This document shows positions 28,066-39,649 of a DNA stretch of 64,000 nucleotides, piece by piece (positions within the stretch are counted from its first letter, which is position 1; every line of letters starts with the position of its first letter). The notes beneath the pieces are model-generated. The model was not told the DNA's origin and did no database searches. It was given only the letters and a program-made list of their open reading frames with translations. The stretch is from positions 32,001-96,000 of the IMG/VR virus record IMGVR_UViG_3300029305_001653. One strand, given 5' to 3'. This DNA comes from a virus (taxonomy: Duplodnaviria; Caudoviricetes). The position numbers were made by a program, and so were the translations under genes.

Positions 28066-29499
28066 ATGTCAGAGAATAATATATTTTCTTATACGAGACG
28101 TGATTATGAGAATTCACGTCAAGAAGGAATATCTAAAATCCCTATTATCAGTAATGGAAAATGGACAGACTTGAATGTGACTGATCCTGGTATAATCATA
28201 CTAGACTATGTACATGCATTAGTGGATATGATGCAATATTATCAAGATCATCAAGCATTAGAAGCTTTCATCACTACTGCAAAAGAGAGAGCTAACATAT
28301 TCAGACTAGCTAAGCAGCTATCCTATGATATTAGGTCATCTAAAGGAGCTATATGTGATGTAGAGTTCACTAGTTCATCTATATATGGACATACAGTAAA
28401 GATACCTAAACATACATCTCTTTCTACAAAGTCAGGTATAAAATATTTGACTATGCAAGATGCTTATTTATTAGCAGGAGAACATAGAGTAGTAGTGCCA
28501 TGTTATCAAGGTAAATTAGTGACTATTAACTATAAAGGTACTGGAATCTCTAGATTCAGTAACGTAGTAGGTGCTAAGAATCAAAGTATTAGATTAGTAG
28601 ACAATAATATAGATATAGAGTCTATTGAAATAATTGATGATAGAGAAAGATTATGGAGTCCTATTGATTATATCATATTCTCTACAGAACTAGATAGAGT
28701 TTATCAATCAGAGTTAAATACAGACAACTCTATCACTATTTATTTTGGAGATGGACTGAGAGGTATAATTCCTAGTACTGAAGATGATCTTACTATTTCA
28801 TACATATCTACTCTAGCTGAGGAAGGAAGAGTTGAGAGTAATAGTATAACAATCCTCGAGACAAGTATAAAAGATGATACTGTAGGATATATAGAATTCT
28901 CAGTAAATAATAACAATCCTAGTACAGGAGGTTCCTCTTCACAATCTAGTAGAGAAATTAGAGAGACAGCTCCAGGAGCTATCAAAGCTCAAGGAAGAGC
29001 AGTTACTTTAGGAGATTATGAAAGTTTAGCTAAGTTAGTAGATGGAGTTGCAGATGCTAAAGCTTATGATATCAATACACTACCTGATCTCTGTCTCTAT
29101 CATGAAGTGAAGGTAATAGTAGTTCCTAAAAACTCAGAAGATTCCTTAGATACATTAAAAAAGATAGTATATGACTATCTATCTAGGAGAGCTATTCCTC
29201 CTGTAAATGTACAAGTAATTACTCCTTCTTACATTTACTTAGATTTAAGTGTAACAATAGAGAAAAGATATAATAATATATCTGATAGTAGACTCCAGTA
29301 CAATGTAACTCAAACTATAATAGACTACTTCAAGTCTAGAGAAAGAGATATAGGAGAATCATTCTATCCACTGAGTTTAGCTACTACTATTATGAGTATA
29401 GAAGGAGTTAAAGATGTGGCGATCACTCCTAATGAAGTATATCATATCGGAGAATTCTCAGCTATAAAATTAGGTAAATTAGATTTACATATAAGATAA
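28066..29499 (+). CDS. Baseplate wedge protein (gp6/J-like)
   Basis: WTD..DPG, FGDGLRG.IP, RAVTLGDYE. Confidence 0.88.
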   Translation: MSENNIFSYTRRDYENSRQEGISKIPIISNGKWTDLNVTDPGIIILDYVHALVDMMQYYQDHQALEAFITTAKERANIFRLAKQLSYDIRSSKGAICDVEFTSSSIYGHTVKIPKHTSLSTKSGIKYLTMQDAYLLAGEHRVVVPCYQGKLVTINYKGTGISRFSNVVGAKNQSIRLVDNNIDIESIEIIDDRERLWSPIDYIIFSTELDRVYQSELNTDNSITIYFGDGLRGIIPSTEDDLTISYISTLAEEGRVESNSITILETSIKDDTVGYIEFSVNNNNPSTGGSSSQSSREIRETAPGAIKAQGRAVTLGDYESLAKLVDGVADAKAYDINTLPDLCLYHEVKVIVVPKNSEDSLDTLKKIVYDYLSRRAIPPVNVQVITPSYIYLDLSVTIEKRYNNISDSRLQYNVTQTIIDYFKSRERDIGESFYPLSLATTIMSIEGVKDVAITPNEVYHIGEFSAIKLGKLDLHIR

Positions 29500-29510
29500 G
29501 GAGGATACTC

Positions 29511-30848
29511 ATGACTGATATAAGTTCATTTATTAGGTCTCACTTACTAGAACCTTTGAAACAGTATCCTACAGTTATACAGGATACTTTAATAGAGATA
29601 ATTACACAGAAATTACAGACTCTATATGAGTACACTGTAAGATTCCCTGAAATTGTTTCTCCTTCTAGTAATAGATTAGATATTCTGAAGACTATAGCAG
29701 AACAATTCCTCTTTACTATTAGAGAAGATGCAGATATAGAGGAACAGATAGCTATCTTAGATAATATACTGTATGTGTACAAGATGAGAGGGTCTGTGGA
29801 CACTATAGAAAATATGTGGAAGTATTATGGAGGTACTCTCCCTAAAGATGTAAAAGTAATAATACCTTCATATACTATATTCAGATATAGTATGTCTAAG
29901 TTGTCAGGTACTCATAAATTCATAGATGGAAGATCTAGTTATGTAGAATTAGACACTCCTGCTCCTGAGAATATTCCTTCAGGTACTTTAGTATACGATA
30001 TATACAGTGATAATTATAAAGCTACTCTAGGAATATTGGAAAATACTACTCGAGTACTCCTCACTAATATTGATAATTTAAATATAGGAGATATACTACG
30101 AATAGGAGATTATTATGAAGGTAAGATAGTTAGTCTCTATGAGAATAAAACTCCTACTATGAATCGTTCAGGAGTCTACGAGATAAGACTCACTAATAAT
30201 ACATACCCTATACCTGACTTGAAAGAATTCTTAATAAAAGAATTAGTAGCAGCAGGTAATTATATTTATTTCACTAACACTCTCCATATGGATGTTAATC
30301 AAACGGATGAGAATTCTAATTACTATAGGTACTCTGTTAATGAACATACATTATTACAGATACAGTTAGATGTATTAAAGGCAAGACAAGGACTTATGTT
30401 GAGTGGATATAATCCCTTAAGTCCTAATCCTAAATTCTCTGAAGAAGAGATAAATGAGATGCTCCGACGAGGGTTTACTGAGACAGATATAGAGAGGATG
30501 ACAACTCCTAGAGATGCTAATGACTCTCTATGGTCAGGTAGAAGATCTATATTCTTAGAATTGACTAGACTTATAAATCTCCCGATGATAGAGCTAAATA
30601 ATTACAGTCCTTATAAATTCTTAGGAATTTCTATGACTATGTTCCCTGATATAGAAAAGATAGTCTATAGTATAAATAGTAATAAAAGTTATGATCGTAT
30701 CATAGAATCAATTCTGTACTGTACTCCTAGTACGTCTTCATACTATATGTCTCGTCACTTATATAATAGAAATGGAGAACTGTTAGAATCTAATTATCCT
30801 GGATATTTCATATTAGGAGAATCTCTTTTAGGAGAAGCTATAAAATAA
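29511..30848 (+). CDS. Baseplate wedge protein (gp7/I-like)
   Basis: YKMRGS, SKLSGTH; follows gp6-like gene. Confidence 0.6.
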   Translation: MTDISSFIRSHLLEPLKQYPTVIQDTLIEIITQKLQTLYEYTVRFPEIVSPSSNRLDILKTIAEQFLFTIREDADIEEQIAILDNILYVYKMRGSVDTIENMWKYYGGTLPKDVKVIIPSYTIFRYSMSKLSGTHKFIDGRSSYVELDTPAPENIPSGTLVYDIYSDNYKATLGILENTTRVLLTNIDNLNIGDILRIGDYYEGKIVSLYENKTPTMNRSGVYEIRLTNNTYPIPDLKEFLIKELVAAGNYIYFTNTLHMDVNQTDENSNYYRYSVNEHTLLQIQLDVLKARQGLMLSGYNPLSPNPKFSEEEINEMLRRGFTETDIERMTTPRDANDSLWSGRRSIFLELTRLINLPMIELNNYSPYKFLGISMTMFPDIEKIVYSINSNKSYDRIIESILYCTPSTSSYYMSRHLYNRNGELLESNYPGYFILGESLLGEAIK

Positions 30849-30874
30849 ATGTTTAAGATGAAGGGGAGGAGAAT

Positions 30875-31060
30875 ATGGATTTCACAATAGGTGAAAAACT
30901 CCAGCATACTTACACTAAAGAAGTACTTTGGGTACTCCGTATAGGTAATGAGCAGATATTATGCAGAACTAAAGATTTAAGAGAGATATGGTTCTATCCT
31001 TATGAGTTAGAGAGAATAGATTCTGTAACTGAGAGTAGACGTAGTAAAAGATTTTTATGA
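30875..31060 (+). CDS. Hypothetical small protein
   Basis: ORF with GGAG RBS. Confidence 0.5.
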   Translation: MDFTIGEKLQHTYTKEVLWVLRIGNEQILCRTKDLREIWFYPYELERIDSVTESRRSKRFL

Positions 31061-31085
31061 TTCAAGGTAGATAGTAGGTGAAATT

Positions 31086-31685
31086 TTGATTTCTATAGTA
31101 GGTACTAGAATATACATATATCAGAGTATAGATTATGCTTTTAGAGTCAAGTATAGAAATTCAGAAGGAGATATCTTTAACTTTACTCCTACAGATACTA
31201 TAACTATGATAATCCGTGATAGAGATACTGAAAAGATTATTCTCTCTAAAGTAGCTGAGTCTATAACTATAAACGATGAACCATGTTCTATAATCGTATT
31301 TACTTCTCGAGATATGATACCTAAAGGAGACTATAAGTATGATCTAATACTAGGTACTATAGATGACTCCAAACATATGTTGGTTAGTAAAGCTGATTTA
31401 AATGTACTAGAGGATAGAACCCTTACAAGAGATCTACCTCAATTAGGAGAATTCGAACCTCATTCTTTAGAAGACATAAATAGCAATACTATGTCTCTCA
31501 GTAAAGATGAACTAATATGTAATTTTACTCCTATCATAATTAATAAGGAAGAAGCAGAAGGAACTCTCATATTATTCAATAAGATAAATAAAGTTGATGA
31601 TACAGACGAAGATACTACTGAAGGTGATTTAATACTATTTGACCCTAAAGTAGAAAATTCTGAAGATACTCTAATATTATTCTAG
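31086..31685 (+). CDS. Putative baseplate/fibre-attachment protein (BppU N-terminal-like)
   Basis: beta-rich N-terminus with GDYKYDL. Confidence 0.4.
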   Translation: MISIVGTRIYIYQSIDYAFRVKYRNSEGDIFNFTPTDTITMIIRDRDTEKIILSKVAESITINDEPCSIIVFTSRDMIPKGDYKYDLILGTIDDSKHMLVSKADLNVLEDRTLTRDLPQLGEFEPHSLEDINSNTMSLSKDELICNFTPIIINKEEAEGTLILFNKINKVDDTDEDTTEGDLILFDPKVENSEDTLILF

Positions 31686-31701
31686 GAAAGGAGAGAGTTA
31701 T

Positions 31702-32355
31702 ATGGCTAATTACAAAGTAGCTTACGGTCATAAAGATAATATAGACTTAGCTATTACCTTAGGAGTTATACCTCCAGGTAGTATAATACTCACAGAAGAT
31801 TCTAATGAAATTTTCTTCTATGACCTTAATAATAGAATAAAGACTTATGAACAAAGATATAAATTTGAGTCCTATGAGGAAGCTGAGTCCTGGGTACAGA
31901 GATACAATTGTCAGGGGCAGATTCTTTCTGTCCATGAAGTTGATAAATGTAATCTGTATATAGTAGAGTACGATAACCAGTTACGTAAATTAGGTGCAGA
32001 CTACAAAGCATCTGATAAGAACCCTACTATAGACGACATTGGATATGACCTACTTACTCACTGGATTAATGTTGTAACTGAAGATGTATACATCTTAGTT
32101 TCTTTAAAAGATAATAAAGCTTCTTGGAAGAAACTAGTAACAGATATTACTGATTCTAAAGATTTATCTTATAAGTTCACTCAGTCTACTAAAGCTTCTA
32201 AGTGGGTAATAGACCACAGTCTAGGAAAATATCCTTCAGTCTCTGTAATAGATGATTTAGGTAATGCTGTAATAGGTGATGTAGCTTATATTGATGAAAA
32301 TTCTATCTATCTAGAATTCACTAGTCCTGTTGCAGGTTACGCTTATCTCAATTAA
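31702..32355 (+). CDS. Putative tail fibre-associated structural protein
   Basis: C-terminal W.IDHSLGKYPSVSVID..G module. Confidence 0.5.
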   Translation: MANYKVAYGHKDNIDLAITLGVIPPGSIILTEDSNEIFFYDLNNRIKTYEQRYKFESYEEAESWVQRYNCQGQILSVHEVDKCNLYIVEYDNQLRKLGADYKASDKNPTIDDIGYDLLTHWINVVTEDVYILVSLKDNKASWKKLVTDITDSKDLSYKFTQSTKASKWVIDHSLGKYPSVSVIDDLGNAVIGDVAYIDENSIYLEFTSPVAGYAYLN

Positions 32356-32372
32356 GAAAGGAGGTTCCTAGA

Positions 32373-33284
32373 GTGCGTCGTTATTTGACTGATATCGATA
32401 TGAGCAAGAATACAGTAAAGAATGCTAGATTTCATCCAGATATAGAGGCTCCATCTTCTCCTGTAAGTGGTATGTTCTGGACAGATACTTCTGTATTTCC
32501 TAATAAGTTATACTGGTATGATGGAGAAAAGTGGGTCCCTTTAGGAGTTAGTACTCCTGATAAATTTCCTGAGAAGGTAGAACCTTCTATTAGAATTACA
32601 CTATCTGATGTTGATGCATCAGGAGCAGAAGTAGGTTCGACTATTCCTATCTCCTATAGTACTGTATTCCATCCTGGTTCCTATACATATTCTAACGATA
32701 CAGGTGTAGTTCTAGAGAGCTTAAGAGTATACGATAACAATACTCCTCCTCACGAGTCTAGTGATGCTTCAGATACATTTGAACAAGTAGTTATAGGAGA
32801 TACTACAGAATATAAAATCTTTGTAGAAGCTACTCACTCTGCAGGGTATGTCCCTCTGACAGAGCAAGGGAATCCTTATCCTGAGTCTCAGATTTCTGCA
32901 GGTACTAAAAAGTCTTCTACGAGTGCTATATCAGGATTTCGTAAGTATTTCTACGGATCTATTATATCTCCTATAGAATTAAATTCAGGTAATATTAGGT
33001 CTCTCACTCATAGTAGTGTTCCTGCTTCTGAAGGTACTACATTCGATCTAGATATATCAGAAGGGACTAATCAAGTTGTGATAGCATTCCCTACAAATCT
33101 TAATCTATCTTTATCTAGTGTCATAGATACAGGAGCTTTCAATATCAACGTATATGATGTATTTGAAAAAGTGAACGTAGAAGTTGAAGGTGCTAATGGT
33201 TATGATCCTATTAGCTATGATGTATACGTTTACTCTCCTGATGTAAGTCTTAGTAAGAATCTTTATAAAGTAACTATATCTTAA
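32373..33284 (+). CDS. Putative structural protein with Ig-like beta-rich region
   Basis: APSSPVSGMFWTD..LYWYDGEKW, AEVGST, RKYFYG. Confidence 0.5.
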   Translation: MRRYLTDIDMSKNTVKNARFHPDIEAPSSPVSGMFWTDTSVFPNKLYWYDGEKWVPLGVSTPDKFPEKVEPSIRITLSDVDASGAEVGSTIPISYSTVFHPGSYTYSNDTGVVLESLRVYDNNTPPHESSDASDTFEQVVIGDTTEYKIFVEATHSAGYVPLTEQGNPYPESQISAGTKKSSTSAISGFRKYFYGSIISPIELNSGNIRSLTHSSVPASEGTTFDLDISEGTNQVVIAFPTNLNLSLSSVIDTGAFNINVYDVFEKVNVEVEGANGYDPISYDVYVYSPDVSLSKNLYKVTIS

Positions 33285-33300
33285 GAAAGGAGTGAGACTA

Positions 33301-33789
33301 TTGGCTAGTTATGTCGAAAATTTTAAAAGTAAAGTAGACTTTCCAAAACCTTTTCAACGTACAGGTAAATTCCCTATAGACCGTACGGATTTATTCGATA
33401 GTTATGCAGATGCTGTAAAATATGCAGCTGGTAATAGATCTGATCCTGATAGTCGAGGACTGTGCGGTACATCGTATATAGGACAGATAATTACTGTATA
33501 TGAGGATGACGTAGTTACTGTCTATAAGATTGATGCTGACCGTACTTTAAAAGAAATAGGAGCTGCTCCTGACTTCCAGACAGGTTATATGCCCTCTACT
33601 CTTATTGCAGGGACTACATCTGTAGATATCAATATCCCTGAAGGTAGTAACTTCGTTGATGCAGTAGTTAAGGATTCTACTGGAGAGCAGGTATTGACTG
33701 ATGTATTATGTAAAGACAATTTAGTAACTATCTCTGTCTCTGAAGCTCTTTCTTTTGATCTAAGTATCATAGTAACGTATTACAGGTAG
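33301..33789 (+). CDS. Putative structural protein
   Basis: FQRTGKFPIDR, YIGQIITV; TTG 33301 fits AAAGGAG. Confidence 0.5.
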   Translation: MASYVENFKSKVDFPKPFQRTGKFPIDRTDLFDSYADAVKYAAGNRSDPDSRGLCGTSYIGQIITVYEDDVVTVYKIDADRTLKEIGAAPDFQTGYMPSTLIAGTTSVDINIPEGSNFVDAVVKDSTGEQVLTDVLCKDNLVTISVSEALSFDLSIIVTYYR

Positions 33790-33800
33790 GAGGTAGTATC

Positions 33801-33983
33801 ATGAAATTTTTCGGAAGAATCTCAGACCCTAAAGATGTTACTACTAAAGAGTATGTAGATAGTAAATTTAAAGAACTCGATGAATCTAAAGTAAATTCGA
33901 AAGACATAGAAGAGTATACTCCTCAGGATGTAGAATCTCTTTGGTCACAATTGTTTAATACTAGTAGCAATACTAGTAATTAA
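33801..33983 (+). CDS. Small fibre-linker-like protein
   Basis: DVTTKEYVD fibre motif; C-terminal EYTPQDVESLW. Confidence 0.5.
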   Translation: MKFFGRISDPKDVTTKEYVDSKFKELDESKVNSKDIEEYTPQDVESLWSQLFNTSSNTSN

Positions 33984-34010
33984 TAAATTTTATTTGGAGG
34001 TAATTCTATT

Positions 34011-35327
34011 ATGGCAACAAACTACAAGCATTTAGGTAATGATGGTTTACAGAAATTACTACAGTTATTAGTTACTGAATTCAGTAAGGTTCAGTATGAA
34101 GAAGCTGGTAAGGGTCTATCTACTAACGACTTTACTAATGAGCTTCTTGCAAAGCTGAATGGTATCGAAGAAAATGCTAATAACTACATTCATCCCGAAT
34201 ACACAGCTCGTGATATCGGACTTTACAAGGTTCAGGTAGATGCTACAGGTCATGTTGTAGCAGTATCTGCAGTTGAGAAGGCTGACATCACAGGTCTTGG
34301 TATTCCTGGTCAGGATACTACTTACGTATTAGCTACTGCAGAAGCTGACGGTCTCATGTCTAAGGGTGACTTCAGTAAGTTAGCAGGTATCGAAGAGGGT
34401 GCTAATAAGTACGTTCACGCTACTCACGGTGCTTACGACGCTGGTATCTACAAGATTACTGTTGATGGTGAAGGTCATGTAACTGCTGCATCTGCTGTTA
34501 CTAAGGCTGAACTTGATGCTATCATTGGCTTAGCTACTCAGTCTGAAAATGGTCTTATGTCTAAGGAAGACAAGGCTAAGGTTGATGGTCTTAAGGCTCT
34601 TGCTTCCAAGGATCAGGTTGCTGAAGGTGATTTAGAAGAATCTCTTAAGGCAAAGGTTAACGCTTCTCACAGCCATACTAATAAGGATCTTCTTGATACT
34701 TACACTCAGTCCAATGAAGATTTAGCTGATGCTGTTACTAAGAAGCATAATCATGAGAATGCTGATGAGCTTAATAAGATCGCTGCTGGCGATAAGGAAA
34801 AGTGGGATGGCATGCAGGCTGCTGCTGAAGCAACTGCTGCTGCTGAGTTAAAGAAGGTAGTAGAAGGTACTATCGCTCAAAATACTGCTGCTGCCGCTGC
34901 TGCTCAGTCTACTGCTGACGAAGCTAAGGCTGCTGCCGTTACTAATGCTGCTAATATCACATCTGGTGATGCTGCTACACTTCAGTCTGCTAAGGATTAT
35001 GCAGATGCTGCTGTTAAGGCTCAGATTGCTGCTGCTTACAAGGCATCGGGTACAATTGTTTACGAAGAACTTCCTGAACCTGCAGAAGCAGTTCTTGGTA
35101 ATGTTTACAATATCTCCAACGACTTCACTACTGACGCAGACTTCGTTGAAGGTACTGGTAAGCAGTATAAGGCAGGCGTTAACGTTGCTATCGTAGAGAT
35201 CGATGGAGCTTATAAGTATGACGTAATGGCTATGAGCTTCGACGGCTTTGTTCAGGAAGCTAATATTTCTGAATACTCTGCTGACGATATTCAGACTCTC
35301 TGGACTAACGCTGGATTTACTGCTTAA
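34011..35327 (+). CDS. Fibre protein (likely high copy)
   Basis: GKGLSTNDFT, repeated GIEEGAN.Y.H, DGLMSK.DK; capsid-like codon bias; followed by terminator. Confidence 0.75.
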   Translation: MATNYKHLGNDGLQKLLQLLVTEFSKVQYEEAGKGLSTNDFTNELLAKLNGIEENANNYIHPEYTARDIGLYKVQVDATGHVVAVSAVEKADITGLGIPGQDTTYVLATAEADGLMSKGDFSKLAGIEEGANKYVHATHGAYDAGIYKITVDGEGHVTAASAVTKAELDAIIGLATQSENGLMSKEDKAKVDGLKALASKDQVAEGDLEESLKAKVNASHSHTNKDLLDTYTQSNEDLADAVTKKHNHENADELNKIAAGDKEKWDGMQAAAEATAAAELKKVVEGTIAQNTAAAAAAQSTADEAKAAAVTNAANITSGDAATLQSAKDYADAAVKAQIAAAYKASGTIVYEELPEPAEAVLGNVYNISNDFTTDADFVEGTGKQYKAGVNVAIVEIDGAYKYDVMAMSFDGFVQEANISEYSADDIQTLWTNAGFTA

Positions 35328-35357
35328 TCATAGATTCGCAAGATATAATTATTGAAT

Positions 35358-35395
35358 TATAAAGGTGAGGTGAGTTAACTCACCTCACCTTTATA
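35358..35395. terminator. Perfect 38-bp palindrome
   Basis: TATAAAGGTGAGGTGAGTT-AACTCACCTCACCTTTATA. Confidence 0.75.
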
Positions 35396-35430
35396 CTATA
35401 ATCAATATAATATCGATAGGAGGTCATAAA

Positions 35431-38400
35431 TTGTCTGACTCTAAATTCAAAAATCTAGGAGATACTGGAATAACTAAGATATTCCAGTTAATGAAAGGTG
35501 CTCTAGACTCCATCGAAACTACATTTTATGTAACTGTATCTGAAAGTGGTGGAGTATATACCTCTGATAAATCTGTAGAAGAGATATATAATGCTATAGC
35601 TGAAGGTAAGGTAGTAATCTGTACTACAACTATAGATAATTTAGAATACCATCTACCGTTAGTTCAAGTATCAGAGGATCGTGCTTTCTTCTCTTCTACA
35701 GTAGATAGTGAGTGTACTTGTATAGTAATTGATCTTAATGAAGTCTTAGTAGAACAGATGATAGTAGCTACAGAAGATGATTTAAACTTCTACGTTATAT
35801 TAGATATGGAAAATGGTATGGAGTCTGAAGAAGGTTATATTATCTGTCCTACTGACAAGACATATGCTCAGGTACTAGATGCTTACAGTGCAGGTAGGTC
35901 TATGTATGCTAAAGTTAATTTGGATGATAATATATACTTAGTACCTCTAGTTTCTAATGAGTCTGGAAATCTTATGTTTATGATATTCACAGGTGCTGAA
36001 GTATTAGCTATACAGATACCTAGTGATACAGATAATATAGCTGCTTTACTGATATTTAGTATCTCAGAGCAGTTAGGCATAGATAAAGTTGAGAATAAAT
36101 CCTCTGAGGATATACGCAATGAGATTACTGCAATGAATATCGTGAGTGCTTTAGGATTTGTTCCTGGTCAGTATAATTCAGACTACTTAGATGTCCAAGG
36201 TAATCCTGACGGTACTAATAATGTTATTAAACATGTTGGAGATATGTACGATGCAGTATTCCATAATACCTTCGTATACTGTAAATATAATGATTTATCT
36301 ACTGGACGTCTCATAAATTTGTTCTTATCAAAAGTATTCTATGAGGGTGGACAGTATATATATGTATTTTCTAATGTCGTAGATAAAGAGATATATCGAC
36401 TATATTACTATCAGGAAGCTAGTACTGTTCAAGTTTCTCGTACGCCTATCTATGACAATGCTACTACTGATGCTGACGGTCTTATGTCTAAAGAGGATAA
36501 AGAGAAGTTAGAGGGTATTACTCCAGGAGCTAATAAAATTAGTATTAATGTAGGTACTACAACTACAGGAGCTCCTGGTAGTTCTGCTAGTGTAACTAAC
36601 TCAGGTACTACTACTGACCTTGTTCTGAACTTTACTATTCCTCAAGGTCCTAAGGGAGATAAAGGTGACCAAGGTATCCAGGGTGTCAAGGGTGATACAG
36701 GTACTGCTGCTACTATCTCCGTAGGGACTGTTACCACAGGTGCAGCAGGTAGCTCTGCTTCAGTGTCTAATGCAGGTACATCTTCTGCAGCTAAATTTGA
36801 TTTCACTATTCCTAAAGGTGATAAAGGTGACAAGGGAGATAAGGGTGACCAAGGTATTCAAGGTGAGAAAGGTGATACTGGCTCACAAGGACCTAAAGGA
36901 GATACAGGTACTGCTGCTACTATCACTGTTGGGACAGTAACTACTGGCTCTGCTGGTTCCTCAGCTAAGGTAACTAACTCAGGTACATCATTTGCAGCTA
37001 AACTTGACTTTACTATTCCTAAAGGCGATAAAGGTGATAAGGGAGATAAGGGTGATACAGGTTCCCAAGGACCTCAAGGTGATAAAGGTGACAAGGGTGA
37101 CCAAGGTATTCAAGGACCTACAGGGTCTCAAGGTCCTAAGGGTGATAAAGGTGATCCTTTCTCAATCTCTAAAGTATATGCTAGCGTATCTGCTATGAAT
37201 GCTGGATACTCCTCTGACGGAGTACCTGTAGGTGGATTTGTTATTATCGATACAGGTAATGTAAATAATGCTGATAATGCTAAACTTTATTATAAAGGCT
37301 CCTCTTCATATCAGTATCTGACAGACTTGTCAGGTGCTCAGGGTATCCAAGGACCTCAAGGTCCTCAAGGTGATCAAGGTCCTCAAGGACCTACAGGAGC
37401 AACAGGTGCAACAGGTACTGCTGCTACTATTACTGTTGAAACAGTGACTACAGGAGCTGCAGGTACTAATGCATCTGTAACTAATTCAGGTAATAGCTCA
37501 GCAGTTAAACTTAACTTTACTATCCCTAGAGGTGCAACAGGAGCTCAGGGTCCACAAGGTGATACTGGACCACAAGGACCTCAAGGCGATAAGGGTGATA
37601 AAGGTGATGCTGGTACTAACGCTACTATCACAGGTGCTACTGCTACAGTAGATGCTAATGTCGGTACTCCTTCAGTTACAGTCACTCCAGGAGGTACTGC
37701 TTCTGCTAGAACTTTCGCTTTTGCATTCAAGAATTTGAAAGGTGCTAAAGGCGATAAGGGTGATACTGGAGCAACAGGTCCTCAAGGACCTCAAGGTGAT
37801 AAGGGAGATAAAGGTGATACTGGAGCAACTGGCACGACTCCTACTATCAAGGTTGCTAACGGAACTAATGTAGGTACCGTAGGTACTCCTAGTGTAACTG
37901 CTAGTACTTCAGGTACTACTACTACATTTACCTTTGATTACTTGAAAGGTGCTAAAGGTGATAAAGGTGATACTGGTGCAACAGGTGCTACAGGAAGTAG
38001 AGGTACTGGTATCCTGAAAGTTACAACAGCTCCTTCTAGTTATACTACGGCTATAGGTAGTTATACACCTAAATATCGTATTGCCTTATCAACAGTAAAG
38101 AGTCAAAGCGATGTTTCAGAAGTATTAATAGGTGATATTATTATTTGCTCCTATTATATGTATAAAGTTGACTACCTTGATAGCTCCTATGCTTATATCA
38201 GTGAGACAAGAGTCTCCACTAGAGGATCAACAGGTGCTACAGGATCTGCTGCTACGATTAATGTAGGTACTGTTACTACAGGTGCAGCAGGATCTTCTGC
38301 TTCTGTAACTAACTCTGGTTCCACTAGTGCTGCTGTATTAGACTTTACTATCCCTAAGGGTGACAAAGGTGATAAAGGTGATAAGGGTGATACAGGAGCT

Positions 38401-39609
38401 ACAGGTACTGCTGCTACTATTTCGATAGGTACCGTAACTACAGGAGCTGCAGGAAGTTCTGCTACTGTTTCTAATGCAGGTACATCCTCTGCGGCTAAAC
38501 TTAACTTTACTATCCCTCAAGGAGCTAAAGGTGATACAGGAGCTACAGGTACTAGAGGATCTCAGATTTACTCAGGTACAGGTGTAACAGGTACTAGCAC
38601 TACAGCTACTGTCTTTAGTGGGTCTGGTGTTAGCTCTGCTTTAGTAAATGATATTTATATCAATACTAGCACATTCAACTATTATCAGTGTACTACAGCA
38701 GGTGCAGCTTCTGCTGCTAAGTGGGTATATAAAGGATGTCTCAAAGGTGCTACAGGTACAGCAGGTACTACTCCGACTATTAAGGCTGCTAGTGGTACTA
38801 ATATAAGTACCGTAGGCACACCTTCTGTAACCGCCTCAACTTCAGGCACTACTACTACATTCACCTTTAATTATCTAAAAGGGGCTAAGGGAGATAAAGG
38901 TGACAAGGGTGACCAAGGTATTCAAGGACCTGAAGGTCCACAAGGTCCTGCAGGTACTAACGCTACTACGACAGCTGTTGTATCTACTAGTGCTAATGGT
39001 CTAGCTCCTAAGAGAGATGGAAGCACTACTAAGTTCCTGAGAGGAGATGGCACTTGGGCAGCATTACCTGCAGCTAGTGGTACTGCAGCAGGTATTACTA
39101 TTGTTTATCCAGCAGCTAGTTGTACTACATTCTCTAGTGACTCTGGTACTGTAACTCCTCTTGCAGTTCAAAAAGGTGCTAAGATGTTCGCTATTACTAG
39201 ACCTTCTTCTACTACTAGTAAAGCTATTACTAGATATAGCAATACAACTGGTGATGTTCAAAATTCTAACATTATCATTGAAGACGTAACAAACACAAGA
39301 GATGGTAGTAAGGCACAGGTAATTGCAATTCCAGCTTCTGATGGCAAGAAAATGGTCTATGGTTACTGTACTGACCAGATTGACGGTACATCATTTATTG
39401 GTGGTGTATTTGACCAATCTGCTACATCATATCCTTATAATGCTGGTCTTGCCATTGGAGGAACTTCTGGCAATCTTTTATGGAAAGGTGTTAGGATTGA
39501 CGGTGGTGCAGGCACTGACTATACAACATTCCGTCCTAGAGGTATAGCACTAATGGACGCTGAGCCTGACTCCATATCTAATGGCTGTATCGTAGGTGTT
39601 TATGAATAA
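35431..39609 (+). CDS. Long tail fibre with collagen-like Gly-X-Y repeats
   Basis: Many [12 protein letters not shown] runs alternating with [23 protein letters not shown] units. Confidence 0.88.
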   Translation: MSDSKFKNLGDTGITKIFQLMKGALDSIETTFYVTVSESGGVYTSDKSVEEIYNAIAEGKVVICTTTIDNLEYHLPLVQVSEDRAFFSSTVDSECTCIVIDLNEVLVEQMIVATEDDLNFYVILDMENGMESEEGYIICPTDKTYAQVLDAYSAGRSMYAKVNLDDNIYLVPLVSNESGNLMFMIFTGAEVLAIQIPSDTDNIAALLIFSISEQLGIDKVENKSSEDIRNEITAMNIVSALGFVPGQYNSDYLDVQGNPDGTNNVIKHVGDMYDAVFHNTFVYCKYNDLSTGRLINLFLSKVFYEGGQYIYVFSNVVDKEIYRLYYYQEASTVQVSRTPIYDNATTDADGLMSKEDKEKLEGITPGANKISINVGTTTTGAPGSSASVTNSGTTTDLVLNFTIPQGPKGDKGDQGIQGVKGDTGTAATISVGTVTTGAAGSSASVSNAGTSSAAKFDFTIPKGDKGDKGDKGDQGIQGEKGDTGSQGPKGDTGTAATITVGTVTTGSAGSSAKVTNSGTSFAAKLDFTIPKGDKGDKGDKGDTGSQGPQGDKGDKGDQGIQGPTGSQGPKGDKGDPFSISKVYASVSAMNAGYSSDGVPVGGFVIIDTGNVNNADNAKLYYKGSSSYQYLTDLSGAQGIQGPQGPQGDQGPQGPTGATGATGTAATITVETVTTGAAGTNASVTNSGNSSAVKLNFTIPRGATGAQGPQGDTGPQGPQGDKGDKGDAGTNATITGATATVDANVGTPSVTVTPGGTASARTFAFAFKNLKGAKGDKGDTGATGPQGPQGDKGDKGDTGATGTTPTIKVANGTNVGTVGTPSVTASTSGTTTTFTFDYLKGAKGDKGDTGATGATGSRGTGILKVTTAPSSYTTAIGSYTPKYRIALSTVKSQSDVSEVLIGDIIICSYYMYKVDYLDSSYAYISETRVSTRGSTGATGSAATINVGTVTTGAAGSSASVTNSGSTSAAVLDFTIPKGDKGDKGDKGDTGATGTAATISIGTVTTGAAGSSATVSNAGTSSAAKLNFTIPQGAKGDTGATGTRGSQIYSGTGVTGTSTTATVFSGSGVSSALVNDIYINTSTFNYYQCTTAGAASAAKWVYKGCLKGATGTAGTTPTIKAASGTNISTVGTPSVTASTSGTTTTFTFNYLKGAKGDKGDKGDQGIQGPEGPQGPAGTNATTTAVVSTSANGLAPKRDGSTTKFLRGDGTWAALPAASGTAAGITIVYPAASCTTFSSDSGTVTPLAVQKGAKMFAITRPSSTTSKAITRYSNTTGDVQNSNIIIEDVTNTRDGSKAQVIAIPASDGKKMVYGYCTDQIDGTSFIGGVFDQSATSYPYNAGLAIGGTSGNLLWKGVRIDGGAGTDYTTFRPRGIALMDAEPDSISNGCIVGVYE

Positions 39610-39649
39610 ATAAAGTCATGTCTAGATAAACAAAGGAGGTAATCAAGGT

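Noticed and set aside
36540-38960. Repetitive DNA that could be mistaken for a CRISPR array or tandem repeat element
   Set aside because: Repeats are in-frame collagen and fibre units with synonymous variation; no constant repeat-spacer structure
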